Positions 32,100 through 41,014 of a DNA stretch of 53,667 nt are shown piece after piece. Source of the stretch: Clostridia bacterium. Its GTDB lineage: Bacteria > Bacillota > Clostridia > Oscillospirales > RGIG8002. Position numbers and translations under genes: made by a program. The notes under the pieces were generated by a model. It saw nothing but the letters and a program-made list of their open reading frames with translations. It made no database searches and had not been told where the DNA came from. The stretch lies in NCBI GenBank assembly GCA_017438525.1, contig JAFRVI010000022.1, positions 1 to 53,667 on the forward strand, written 5' to 3'. Position 1 is the stretch's first letter, and each line of letters starts with the position of its first letter.

Positions 32100-35000
32100 T
32101 CACTTCTTCGTCAGGCGCATAACGTAAAGTCCGGTCGCGGGATGGTTCATGCCGAACATAACGCGCTTGCCGGAGCAGAAGGAGGCTCTCTCCACCCAGC
32201 TTCCCGATCCGTCTGCGACGGTGACCGCTTCGAGCAGCGTTCCGTCGCTGCGGTAGGTGCGCACGGAGCCGTCGTAGGAGCAGGCGGCGAGCATACTGCC
32301 GTCCTTCGATACGTCGAAGTCGCGGACGAGCGAACCGTAGCCGCCCATCAGCGAATAAAGTCTGCCGGTAGAGACGGTGAAGATGCGGAGATCTCCCGAT
32401 TCGGAGGCGCAGACCACGCGTCTGCCGCCGTCAAGGAAGCGCACCTTCGTCACCGGCGCGGTGCGGGTGTTTTTCATCTTGTTTACGCGGGCGCCGGACG
32501 CGGCGTCCCAAACGATGACATTTCCGTTCTCGTCGGAGGTGACGAGGCGGGAGCCGTCAGCGGTCAGGTCTATGCCTCTGACGGCGGACGTGTGTCCGGT
32601 CAGAGTGTGGCGGAGCGCGAAGCTCGATGCGTCGTAAATCTGCACTTTGGAGTTGCCGAGCGCGAGCGCGACTGTGCTGCCCGCCGCGGCGATGGCGCGG
32701 ATATCGCTCTCGAGGTCGACCTGTTTGACCTTGTTGCCGGAGGCGTCGAAGACGAACATGGCGCGGGAATAGCTCGACTGGTCGTCGTAGTTCCTGCCGC
32801 CGGCGACGACGTATTCGCCGTTGCCCGTGAAGGCGACGGCGTCGTGGTAGACGTGGTAGTTATCGACGTCCCACGCGATGAGGTCCTCGGTCTCGCAGAA
32901 GGTCAGCACGCCGTCGCGCGAGCCGGCGACAAGCATTTTGCCGTCCGGAGAGAAGGCGGCGCAGGTGTAAAGCTTGCCCTTGCCGTTCATCTCGCCGAGC
33001 AGCTCCGATTTTTTCGCGTTATAAAGCTTGATTGAGCCGCCTCTGCCGACGACGGCGGTGTATTTGCCGTCCGCGGAGGTGACTATCGCCTTGACGCGGT
33101 CGCTGCCGAGGTTGTGCACGGTCGCATTGCCGGCGTCGACGGAGATGTTCGCTGTCTGCGAAACCTCGCCGCTGCGCTTGTAGAAACGGACGTAGTCCAC
33201 GTAATAATACGACGTATCCGGCATACCGCTCGGCAGCTGATCGTTGCCGGGGCCGGAAACGGAGGTGTTCAGTATCAGGAAGTGCGGCTGCGCGCCGAAG
33301 CCCCAGCGCATGGAGTCGCTGTTGACGTTCAGCGTCATATAGAGCATACCGTCGACGAGTATCCTCACCTGTTCGGAATCCCATTCCGCGGAGTAAACGT
33401 GGTATTCGTCGCTGAGCAGCTTGTCGCGCGAGATCGGGAAGTTGTAGTTCTTCGACATATGGTAACCCTCGTCGCCGAACCAGTGGAGCGTTCCGTAAAG
33501 GTTATGCCCCTTGACTATGCCCTCCTCGGTGCTGTTCTCTGCGTCGACCCAGCCGTTTTCCATGATGTCTATCTCGCCGTCGTGCGGCCACATGCTCTCG
33601 GCGCCCATCATCCAGATCGCCGGCCAGATGTACGCGCCGCCCGGGACCTTCGCCCTGACGTCGACGCGGCCGAAGGACTGACCGTATTTGCCGGAGGTCT
33701 CGAGCGAGGCGCTGGTGGCGTGGTAGCCCTTGTATTCCTCGATCTTGCTCTTGATGACGAGGTTGCCGTTTTCGATATAGTGATTGTTCTCGCTGTCGCG
33801 GTAATATATGGGCTCGGTGTCGCCGCGCGTTTTGCCGTCGGCGGGAGTCCACATCGAACGGTCGAGCTTCTCGCCGTCGAATTCGTCCGCCTTGACGAGC
33901 TCCCACGCGCCGTAGTCGTACTCCGTCAGCTTCATGGAGCCGCCGGTGCCCTTCTTCAGCACCGCCTTAGCGCTCAGGGTCGCGAGCGAATAGGCGTCCG
34001 CGTAGGTTATCGCGAAGTTTCCGCCGCCGAGCGACCTGACGCCGAACTCCTGCTTGGCGTTCGTCATATCCGCCTCCTTCATGAAGAGGTCGAACTCGAC
34101 GTTGGTGGTCAGCGCGAGGCCGGTGCCCTTGTTGACGATGCGGTAGGCGCCGGAGGCGCATTTGTATATCTGCCACAGCTGCGTGTCGTCGCCGGCGTCC
34201 TGGGTGAAGGTCAGCGACTGGTTATCGTCGTGCATAACGAGCGTTTCCGCCCATTTGAGCTGGCGCTCGGTTATCGCGGGCCCGTATGTCAGCACGGTGC
34301 CGCGGGAATCGGTTATCTTATAGAACTTTTCGTTCGAAACTGATGAAGCCGTGTGGACGTAGACGCCGCCCTTCGCGGTCTCCAGCGTTTCGGCGTACGC
34401 CGCGAGGTTCGATACGTAGCATTCGCCGTCCGACGCGAAGGCGATCGAGTTTATCGAAGGCAGTACGTCGATGAGGTACGTCCCCTCCGCGCCCTTGAAG
34501 AAGTCGAACGAAACGCGCATATCCGACGCCTGCGCCGGAACGGGCAGGTCGGCGGCAAAGGCGGTCTCCCCCGCCTTAAGCGTTACGGTCAACCTTCCGG
34601 ACGGGGCGGCGGCTTCAAAGTGAAATGTCAGTCCGTCCGCGTTCGCGAGCGCGCCGCCGAAGGGGTCTCCGTCGGAGGTCACGCTGCCGGTGAACTTCAC
34701 CGCGTCGGCGGCGCCGTCCGGAGCGGCGGATCGCTCCGCGGAGGTGAACGCCGCGAGGCCGGGGATCGCAACGGACTCGAACGCGCCGTCCTTCAGCGCG
34801 GCGACGGCGCGGCCGATATCGGCGATGGAGTTCTCCATATCGGAGGACTTGCATTCGGGGTCGTCGTAGTGGCGCTTCGCGTTATCGACAGCGCCGGTCA
34901 GGTATTTTCTCGTCTGCTCGTCGGCGTTGCCGAAGATAAGCGGCTCCGCTTCCGAGATCTTCGCGGCGAGAGGCGCTTTGTCGTCGACCGGATTGACCTC

Positions 35001-35108
35001 TTCTTCAGAGTTCGGAGCGCTCGCGCTACCGCCGTTTTCCTTCGGCGAGCAGGCAGCGAACGCCAGGCACATTATCAGCGCGAGGAGCGCGGCTGTAAAT
35101 CTTCTCAT
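32100..35108 (-). CDS. Lipoprotein with a ricin-B/CBM13-like module, a GH16 catalytic domain and a C-terminal WD40 beta-propeller
   Basis: Lipobox LAFAACS. QLWQIYKCASGAYRIVNKGTGLAL (QxW-type lectin repeat). GH16 active site GEIDIMENGW. WD40 repeats include GHTSAVRGIDLTADGSRLVTSDENGNVIVWD. Confidence 0.85.
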   Translation of the reverse strand: MRRFTAALLALIMCLAFAACSPKENGGSASAPNSEEEVNPVDDKAPLAAKISEAEPLIFGNADEQTRKYLTGAVDNAKRHYDDPECKSSDMENSIADIGRAVAALKDGAFESVAIPGLAAFTSAERSAAPDGAADAVKFTGSVTSDGDPFGGALANADGLTFHFEAAAPSGRLTVTLKAGETAFAADLPVPAQASDMRVSFDFFKGAEGTYLIDVLPSINSIAFASDGECYVSNLAAYAETLETAKGGVYVHTASSVSNEKFYKITDSRGTVLTYGPAITERQLKWAETLVMHDDNQSLTFTQDAGDDTQLWQIYKCASGAYRIVNKGTGLALTTNVEFDLFMKEADMTNAKQEFGVRSLGGGNFAITYADAYSLATLSAKAVLKKGTGGSMKLTEYDYGAWELVKADEFDGEKLDRSMWTPADGKTRGDTEPIYYRDSENNHYIENGNLVIKSKIEEYKGYHATSASLETSGKYGQSFGRVDVRAKVPGGAYIWPAIWMMGAESMWPHDGEIDIMENGWVDAENSTEEGIVKGHNLYGTLHWFGDEGYHMSKNYNFPISRDKLLSDEYHVYSAEWDSEQVRILVDGMLYMTLNVNSDSMRWGFGAQPHFLILNTSVSGPGNDQLPSGMPDTSYYYVDYVRFYKRSGEVSQTANISVDAGNATVHNLGSDRVKAIVTSADGKYTAVVGRGGSIKLYNAKKSELLGEMNGKGKLYTCAAFSPDGKMLVAGSRDGVLTFCETEDLIAWDVDNYHVYHDAVAFTGNGEYVVAGGRNYDDQSSYSRAMFVFDASGNKVKQVDLESDIRAIAAAGSTVALALGNSKVQIYDASSFALRHTLTGHTSAVRGIDLTADGSRLVTSDENGNVIVWDAASGARVNKMKNTRTAPVTKVRFLDGGRRVVCASESGDLRIFTVSTGRLYSLMGGYGSLVRDFDVSKDGSMLAACSYDGSVRTYRSDGTLLEAVTVADGSGSWVERASFCSGKRVMFGMNHPATGLYVMRLTKK

Positions 35109-35121
35109 CTCGTTCTCCTTG

Positions 35122-37899
35122 TCAAATATTCCAGACGCAGTAGTCGGTATTCAGAATGCCCATCGCCGCGAACGGACGCGAGCCGTCCGCGGAGAAGGCG
35201 ATATCCATGACCCATCTGCCCTTGGGGTTGTCGGTGCGGAGCGCGGTCAGATAAGCTCCGTCGCCGTCGAACAGCTTCACGCTGCCGTCGTAGGACGAAA
35301 CGGCGATGCGCTTGCCGTCCGGCGAGAACTTCGCCTCGCTGACAAGCTCGGCGAAGCCGCCGAGCGTCGCGGACTGCGTTCCGGTCGCGGAGTCGAACAG
35401 GCGGGCGCAGTTATCCGCGCAGACAGCGAGCAGACTCGAGCCGTCCGGCGAGAAGCGCACGCGGCGCACGGAGGACGGGTTGACCTTGTTGGCGGCGCGC
35501 ACCTGCTTTTTCTTCAGATCGCAGAGGTATATCCTGCCCGCCTCGTCGGAGAAAGCGAGGGAACCGTCCGGCGCGAAGTCGACTCCGCGCATCGCGGCGC
35601 CGTCTTCGTTATCGAAGCGGAATACCTGCGTCAGCAGCGGCAGCTCGTAAACGCGCGCGCTGCCGTCCGAGCAGACGGCGGCGGCGAGTTTGCCGTCCGC
35701 GGAAACCGCGGCGTTTCTCACGTCGCTGCCGGTCGCGGCTTCGGAAATCAGCGCTCCGTCTACGCCCCAGAGGCGCAGGACGCGGCTTTCCTTCGCGTTC
35801 GGCCTGCCGCGCTCGATCGTGTCTCTGCCGCCGGCGAGGAAGGCCCTGCCGTCCGGCGTGAAGGCGGCGAACTCGTTGAAGGTGCCGGCGTCGTCGATGA
35901 CGAGCGGCGCCTTCGTGAAGTCGGCGCAGTCGTAGATGAATATTTCTCCGTCGCGGTTCGGCACGCACAGCTTGCTCCCGTCCGGAGTGAAGGTGATCGC
36001 CTCGACGGCGACCTCCGGCTCGCGCAGCGTGAAGAGCAGCCCGTCTTTATGCTGCCCGTAGACGAAGACTTCTCCGCCCTGCCCCGCGGCGGCGGCGTAT
36101 CTGCCGTCCGGAGAGGCGCAGACCTTGTTGAGCCATTCGCGCGCCGCGCCGTTGACGTAGTCGGGCGCTTTCGCGTCTTCGACCGGCTCGGCCGCGCAGG
36201 TCACTTCTCCGGCGCGCTTGCAGCAGCGCACCCAGTCGATATAATAGAGCGATTCGGCCGGCGTTTCGGGATACGCCTTCTCTTCGCCGGGTCCTCTGAC
36301 GGAGGTGTTGAGAATGAGGTAGTGCGGGTTGTCGCCGAAGCCCCATTTCTTGCCGTCGGAGTCGAGGTGCATCGCCATATAGAGCATATCGTCGGTGTAA
36401 AGGCGCAGGTGGTCGTATTCCCACTCCGCCGCGTAGGTGTGGTAGCGGTCGTTGAGATTCTCGTAATCCTTGAAGCAGAAGTCGACGCCCTTCTCCATGT
36501 GCCTGCTGACCTCGGTCGCCCAGTGGAGCGTACCGAAGAGCTTGGAGTCCAGCTCGCCGTGTTCGCCTCCGCCGACGAGCTCCATGACGTCGATCTCGCC
36601 CTGGTAGGGCCAGTTGCCGACGATGCCCATCGACCAGAACGCGGGCCATATCCACGCGCCGGTGGCGAGACGCGCGCGCATCTCCATCTTGCAGTAGGTA
36701 ACGCCGTAGAGTCCGCGCGTATCCATATACGCGCCGGTCTGCGGGATGCCGTCGTATCCGTCGTCGGAGGTGCGGATGACGAGGTTGCCGTCTTCCGTCC
36801 AAAAGTTCTCCTTGCGGTCGAGGAAACAGACCGGCTCGGTATCCGGCCTTATCTTTTTGTTATAGACGCCCCATACGCTCCTGTCGAGCTCCTCGCCGTC
36901 GAAGTCGTCGCGGAAGGTCTCCACCCATTCGTCCTCGGCGATCTCGAAGAGCGCCCAGACGCCGTCCTTGCAGTTCTCGCAGGTCAGGGGCCTGCCGCCC
37001 TCGCCTATTATCGAGAACTTGCCCGGCCCGGCGGGCAGCAGGTCGAAATCCTGCGACGGACAGTTCATATTGACGTCCGTCGGGAAGGGCTTGCCGCGCT
37101 CGTCGAGCTGGATATGATTGGCGTTGGATTTGTTGATAACGTGGTATTTGCCGTATTCGGTCTTATAGAGCTGCCACTCCTGCGTATAGTCGCGGGCGCG
37201 CTTCTCAAGCGCGAGGTGCTGTCCCTTGTCGGTGTGGATCAGCGACTGCTCCCAGCGCAGGTCGGTCTCCTTTATGCGCGGGACGAGCGCGAGGGCGCGT
37301 CCGGTCGCTATGTCGACAATCTTATAGAACCTGTCGTTGCGCGTTTCGGAAACGGGATCCTCGGAGTAAGGCGTGCGGAGATCCGGCTCCACTTGCTCGC
37401 TGAAGAAGCAGAGCGGCGTTACACGCACTTCGACGTCCTCGTCGGACTCGAGCGCGACGACGATGCGCTCCGCGCGCCTGACCGCGGGAACGAAAAGGTC
37501 GTAAGTCAGCCAAAACGTCGTCTTCTCCTGCGAAAGTCCGATGCCCTCGATATAGGAGAATCCGGCGTCGGAGCCGACGCCTACGGTCAGCGTCGCGTCG
37601 CCGCTTCTGCCGTCGTACTCGACCTCGAGCGCGATGCCGTCGCAGGGCGCGGCCTCACGCATCGGGAAGTCGGCGGACTTTCTGCCGCCGGCGGCGACGG
37701 TGATGATTTCAGGCAGCGCGCCTTCCGTCCGCTTCGTCTTCGCGGGGCGGACGCTGTTCACCGCGCGGTGAAGCTCGTTCAAAACGGCGCGGTCGCCGGA
37801 CGCTTTTTCGGCCTCCGCTATGCAGCGGCGCAGGTTCTTCCTGCCGCGTTCGGCTATGCCGGAGCAAAGCAGCGCCTTCTCTGTCGCAAATCGTTCCAT
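35122..37899 (-). CDS. Paralogue with the same ricin-like, GH16 and WD40 propeller architecture but no signal peptide
   Basis: QEWQLYKTEYGKYHVINK lectin-like repeat, GH16 motif GEIDVMELVGG, and C-terminal propeller repeats (FSPDGKRIAVSSYDGSVKLFD and others). A strong AAGGAG RBS lies 9 nt before the ATG at 37899, and no longer in-frame ORF exists in the track. Confidence 0.85.
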   Translation of the reverse strand: MERFATEKALLCSGIAERGRKNLRRCIAEAEKASGDRAVLNELHRAVNSVRPAKTKRTEGALPEIITVAAGGRKSADFPMREAAPCDGIALEVEYDGRSGDATLTVGVGSDAGFSYIEGIGLSQEKTTFWLTYDLFVPAVRRAERIVVALESDEDVEVRVTPLCFFSEQVEPDLRTPYSEDPVSETRNDRFYKIVDIATGRALALVPRIKETDLRWEQSLIHTDKGQHLALEKRARDYTQEWQLYKTEYGKYHVINKSNANHIQLDERGKPFPTDVNMNCPSQDFDLLPAGPGKFSIIGEGGRPLTCENCKDGVWALFEIAEDEWVETFRDDFDGEELDRSVWGVYNKKIRPDTEPVCFLDRKENFWTEDGNLVIRTSDDGYDGIPQTGAYMDTRGLYGVTYCKMEMRARLATGAWIWPAFWSMGIVGNWPYQGEIDVMELVGGGEHGELDSKLFGTLHWATEVSRHMEKGVDFCFKDYENLNDRYHTYAAEWEYDHLRLYTDDMLYMAMHLDSDGKKWGFGDNPHYLILNTSVRGPGEEKAYPETPAESLYYIDWVRCCKRAGEVTCAAEPVEDAKAPDYVNGAAREWLNKVCASPDGRYAAAAGQGGEVFVYGQHKDGLLFTLREPEVAVEAITFTPDGSKLCVPNRDGEIFIYDCADFTKAPLVIDDAGTFNEFAAFTPDGRAFLAGGRDTIERGRPNAKESRVLRLWGVDGALISEAATGSDVRNAAVSADGKLAAAVCSDGSARVYELPLLTQVFRFDNEDGAAMRGVDFAPDGSLAFSDEAGRIYLCDLKKKQVRAANKVNPSSVRRVRFSPDGSSLLAVCADNCARLFDSATGTQSATLGGFAELVSEAKFSPDGKRIAVSSYDGSVKLFDGDGAYLTALRTDNPKGRWVMDIAFSADGSRPFAAMGILNTDYCVWNI

Positions 37900-37938
37900 A
37901 AGAAGTGTCTCCTTGAAGTGTGTTTTACGTATCGGGGA

Positions 37939-39006
37939 TTACAGCTTGACTTCTTCGGTCCAGCCGAGGACGTCCTCGCTTCTTCCGTACTGCAGGTCGG
38001 TCAGCTCCTTGTAGAGCTTGTGGGACATATCGCCGATCTTGCCGCCGTTGATGGTGTAGGCGCGGTCGCCGATGTGAAGCTCGCCGATGGGCGAAATGAC
38101 CGCCGCGGTGCCGCTGCCGAACGCTTCCTCAAGCGCTCCGTTCTCGGCGGCTTCCGCCAGCTCGTCGACGGAAAGGCGGCGCTCGACGACGGGCTCGCCC
38201 CAGTGCTTAAGCAGTTCGATGCAGGACATTCTCGTAATGCCGGGCAGGATGCTTCCCTGCAGGGCGGGGGTGACGTATTCGCCGTTGATCTTGAAGAAGA
38301 CGTTCATCGCGCCGACTTCCTCGATGTACTTTCTCTCGACGCCGTCGAGCCAGAGCACCTGCGAGTAGCCGAACTCGTGCGCGTCCTCCTGCGCCTTCAG
38401 CGAAGCGGCGTAGTTGCCGCCCGTCTTCGCGAAGCCCATACCGCCTCTGACGGCGCGGACGTACTTATTCTCGACCCAGATCTTGACGGGGTTCAGACCC
38501 TCTTTGTAATAAGAGCCGACGGGCGAGAGAATAATAATGAACAGGTATTCGTGGCCGGCGCGTACTCCGAGGTGCGGGTCGACCGCGATGATGAACGGAC
38601 GGATGTAAAGCGAAGTGCCGGGCTCCTGCGGGATCCACTCGGCGTCGAGCTTGATGAGCTCCTTGAGCGCTTTAAGCGCGAAGTCGACGTCGATCGGCGG
38701 GATGCAGAGGCGCTCGTTGGAAACGTTCATGCGCTCAAAGTTCTTGCGCGGACGGAAGAGCAGCGTTCTGCCGTCGGCGGCGTGGTACGCCTTCATGCCC
38801 TCGAAGACCTCCTGGCCGTAGTGCAGGCACATCGCCGCGGGCGAAACGAGTATGTCGCCGTAGGGTACGATCCTGGCGTCGTGCCAGCCCTGTCCGGCGG
38901 TGTAGTTCATGATGAACATGTGGTCGGTGAAGTAATCGCCGAAGGTCAGATTGCTGTAATCCGGCTTCTGCTTTCTCTGCTCGACTTTTTCGACTCTGAT
39001 TTCCAT
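37939..39006 (-). CDS. ilvE: Branched-chain amino acid aminotransferase
   Basis: Similar over its full length to class IV aminotransferases (FTDHMF, EGMKAY, LYIRPF, the GGNYAASL region, GTAAVISP). The start is placed at the ATG at 39006, after GAAGGAGAG. Confidence 0.9.
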   Translation of the reverse strand: MEIRVEKVEQRKQKPDYSNLTFGDYFTDHMFIMNYTAGQGWHDARIVPYGDILVSPAAMCLHYGQEVFEGMKAYHAADGRTLLFRPRKNFERMNVSNERLCIPPIDVDFALKALKELIKLDAEWIPQEPGTSLYIRPFIIAVDPHLGVRAGHEYLFIIILSPVGSYYKEGLNPVKIWVENKYVRAVRGGMGFAKTGGNYAASLKAQEDAHEFGYSQVLWLDGVERKYIEEVGAMNVFFKINGEYVTPALQGSILPGITRMSCIELLKHWGEPVVERRLSVDELAEAAENGALEEAFGSGTAAVISPIGELHIGDRAYTINGGKIGDMSHKLYKELTDLQYGRSEDVLGWTEEVKL

Positions 39007-39117
39007 TTTTTCTCTCCTTCTGCCGTATCGGTGCGGCTTTTTGTTTTTTGGCAAACGCCGTCCGATAACAAGGCGTCGTTCGCGTCGGATGGTATTCCGA
39101 AATTATAAACCATTGTA

Positions 39118-39146
39118 ATTATACAACGGCGGCGGTCATATTTCAA
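39118..39146 (-). promoter_or_regulatory. Consensus promoter for ilvE and the downstream minus-strand genes
   Basis: On the minus strand: TTGAAA (complement of 39141-39146), a 17-nt spacer, and TATAAT (complement of 39118-39123). Confidence 0.55.
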
Positions 39147-39196
39147 TAATTAGTTGTATTTTCGGTGTAAAAATATCAATTTCGGAGCAAAAAAAC

Positions 39197-39225
39197 TTGC
39201 ATATCCGCGCGGGATATGTTAAAAT
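39197..39225 (+). promoter_or_regulatory. Promoter of the SRP RNA gene
   Basis: TTGCAT at 39197-39202, a 17-nt spacer, and an extended -10 TGtTAAAAT (39220-39225). Confidence 0.6.
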
Positions 39226-39231
39226 ATCCGC

Positions 39232-39380
39232 AGGAACAGACAGCGGGTGTTCCGAAGAAGGGCGGCATGAACGCTGCGGGGACCGGCCGCGAATCATGTC
39301 AGGCGGGGAACCGAGCAGCATTAAACGGTACCCGTCTCGTGCAGCCGTAGGGCTGTCCTTCTTCGGGACACCCGCGTTCG
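39232..39380 (+). ncRNA. ffs: Signal recognition particle RNA (small, 4.5S-like form)
   Basis: Domain IV-like core TGTCAGGCGGGGAACCGAGCAGC (compare GGUCAGGUCCGGAAGGAAGCAGC) with a GGAA tetraloop. A long closing helix pairs gcgggtgttccgaagaagg (39243-39261) with ccttcttcgggacacccgc (39357-39375). The gene lies directly upstream of dnaX, as in other Firmicutes. The ends are approximate. Confidence 0.7.
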
Positions 39381-39420
39381 TTTATTCATCGGAAACGACA
39401 ATCTCTCCAACGGAGGCAGT

Positions 39421-40998
39421 ATGAAACAGGCGCTTTACCGCAAATACCGTCCGGCCGACTTCTCGCAGGTCGCCGGTCAGCAACAGGTCACCGTCACCCT
39501 CAGAAACGAGGTCGCCGGCGGCAATATTTCGCACGCCTATCTTTTCACCGGCGTGCGCGGCACGGGCAAGACCTCCTGCGCCAGAATACTCGCCAAGGCG
39601 GTCAACTGCCTTTCGCCCAAGGACGGCAACCCCTGCAACGAATGCGATATCTGCCGCGCGATCGACAGCGGCACGCTGACCGACGTCATCGAGATCGACG
39701 CCGCCTCCAACACCGGAGTCGACAACATCCGCGCGCTGCGCGAAGAGATAAGCTATCTCCCCCAGCGCGCGAAATACAAGATATACATAATCGACGAAGT
39801 GCACATGCTCTCCGCGGGCGCCTTCAACGCGCTGCTGAAAACGCTCGAGGAGCCGCCGGCGCACGCCATATTCATACTCGCGACCACCGAAGTCCACAAG
39901 CTGCCGGCGACGATACTTTCGCGCTGCCAGCGCTTCAATTTCCGCCGCATCGACGCCGAAGCCATCGCCGCCTACCTCTCGCATATCGCGCAGGCGGAGG
40001 GCTTCACCGTCACCGACGACGCGCTGCGTATGCTCGCCGCCGCCGCTGACGGCGGAATGCGCGACGCGATAAGTCTGCTCGACGTCTGCCGCGCCGCGAG
40101 CGATACGGTGGACGCCTCCGCGGTCGCCCGCGCGGTCGGCCTTTCCGGCAGCGAACGCGTGCTCGAGCTCTGCGGGCTGATAGCGGACGGCGATATTTCC
40201 GGATGCCTCTCCGCGCTCGCCGCGCTCTACGCCGATTCCAAGGAGCCGGAGCGCCTCTGCGAAGAGCTGCTGGCGTGCCTGCGCAACGTCCTCATAGTCA
40301 AGACGGCGGATAACGCCGCTTCGCTGATAAACCTCGACCCCGCGGCTCTGGAAAGCACCAAACGCGTCGCAAAGCGCTTCACGCTCGGCAGGGTAATGTC
40401 CTCCGTCGCGGCGGTCAATGACGCGATCGCGCGTATGCGCTTCGCCTTCGACAAGAAGACGGAGGCGGAGATGCTGCTCGTTTCGCTCTGCGTCGCCTCC
40501 GGCGCCGTCTGCGCGGAACCGGCGGCGCAGCCCGCGGCGAAGCCGAAGCCCGAAGTCAAGCCCGAGCCGGCGGCGCAGCCGCGTTACGTTGAGAAACCGA
40601 AACCGGAGCCGAAACCGGAACCCGAGCCGAAACCGGAACCCGAGCCGGAGCCGGAGACGGAAGCGGAAGTTCCGGCGGCAGAACCGCCGCGGAACGACCT
40701 CCCCGAACCCGCTCCCGCGCCGTCCGGCGCGAACGCGATGCTCGATGCGGCGCTTCCCGAGATAAAGAAAGCGTCCCCGATGGTCGGCGCCGTACTCGGA
40801 GGCGCGAGGTGCGACGTCGACGGCGAGGTCTTCACGATACATTCGTCCGCGACCTGCGTCGTCTCCAACGTCAAGCTCATTTCCGACGCGCTCTTCAACG
40901 CGCACGGCAAGCGCTTCAACGTCGTCACGGACGCCGGAGAACCGCCCTTCAGCAAGCTCGACGAGCTCGACGAGCGGCTGAAACAACTTTTTGACTAA
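39421..40998 (+). CDS. dnaX: DNA polymerase III subunits gamma/tau
   Basis: AAA+ clamp-loader motifs (GVRGTGKTS, IIDEVHML, SRCQRF), a zinc module (CNECDICRAI) and a Pro/Glu/Lys-rich linker. Confidence 0.95.
   Translation: MKQALYRKYRPADFSQVAGQQQVTVTLRNEVAGGNISHAYLFTGVRGTGKTSCARILAKAVNCLSPKDGNPCNECDICRAIDSGTLTDVIEIDAASNTGVDNIRALREEISYLPQRAKYKIYIIDEVHMLSAGAFNALLKTLEEPPAHAIFILATTEVHKLPATILSRCQRFNFRRIDAEAIAAYLSHIAQAEGFTVTDDALRMLAAAADGGMRDAISLLDVCRAASDTVDASAVARAVGLSGSERVLELCGLIADGDISGCLSALAALYADSKEPERLCEELLACLRNVLIVKTADNAASLINLDPAALESTKRVAKRFTLGRVMSSVAAVNDAIARMRFAFDKKTEAEMLLVSLCVASGAVCAEPAAQPAAKPKPEVKPEPAAQPRYVEKPKPEPKPEPEPKPEPEPEPETEAEVPAAEPPRNDLPEPAPAPSGANAMLDAALPEIKKASPMVGAVLGGARCDVDGEVFTIHSSATCVVSNVKLISDALFNAHGKRFNVVTDAGEPPFSKLDELDERLKQLFD
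40594..40660 (+). repeat. In-frame tandem repeat inside dnaX encoding (K/E)PEP low-complexity linker
   Basis: ccgaaaccggagccgaaaccggaacccgagccgaaaccggaacccgagccggagccggag. The 18-bp unit gccgaaaccggaacccga occurs twice back to back. Confidence 0.6.
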
Positions 40999-41014
40999 TT
41001 TTGGAGGTTAAGAT

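Noticed and set aside
34927-39108. A 1393-aa stop-free ORF on the plus strand spanning 4.2 kb.
   Set aside because: It runs antisense to three well-supported minus-strand genes (both GH16-WD40 genes and ilvE) and crosses their intergenic gaps. Its translation is Arg/Ala/Gly/Val-rich low-complexity sequence with no recognisable motifs and no RBS. Such ORFs are the expected artefact of GC-rich third codon positions on the opposite strand.
40590-40700. A programmed frameshift or slippery site in dnaX producing a gamma subunit.
   Set aside because: I see no A-rich slippery heptamer with a downstream hairpin, only a Pro/Glu/Lys codon repeat. Nothing in the sequence supports frameshifting.
39382-40986. 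A 534-aa minus-strand ORF.
   Set aside because: It is antisense to dnaX. The Arg-rich repeats simply mirror the PEP/KPE repeat in dnaX.
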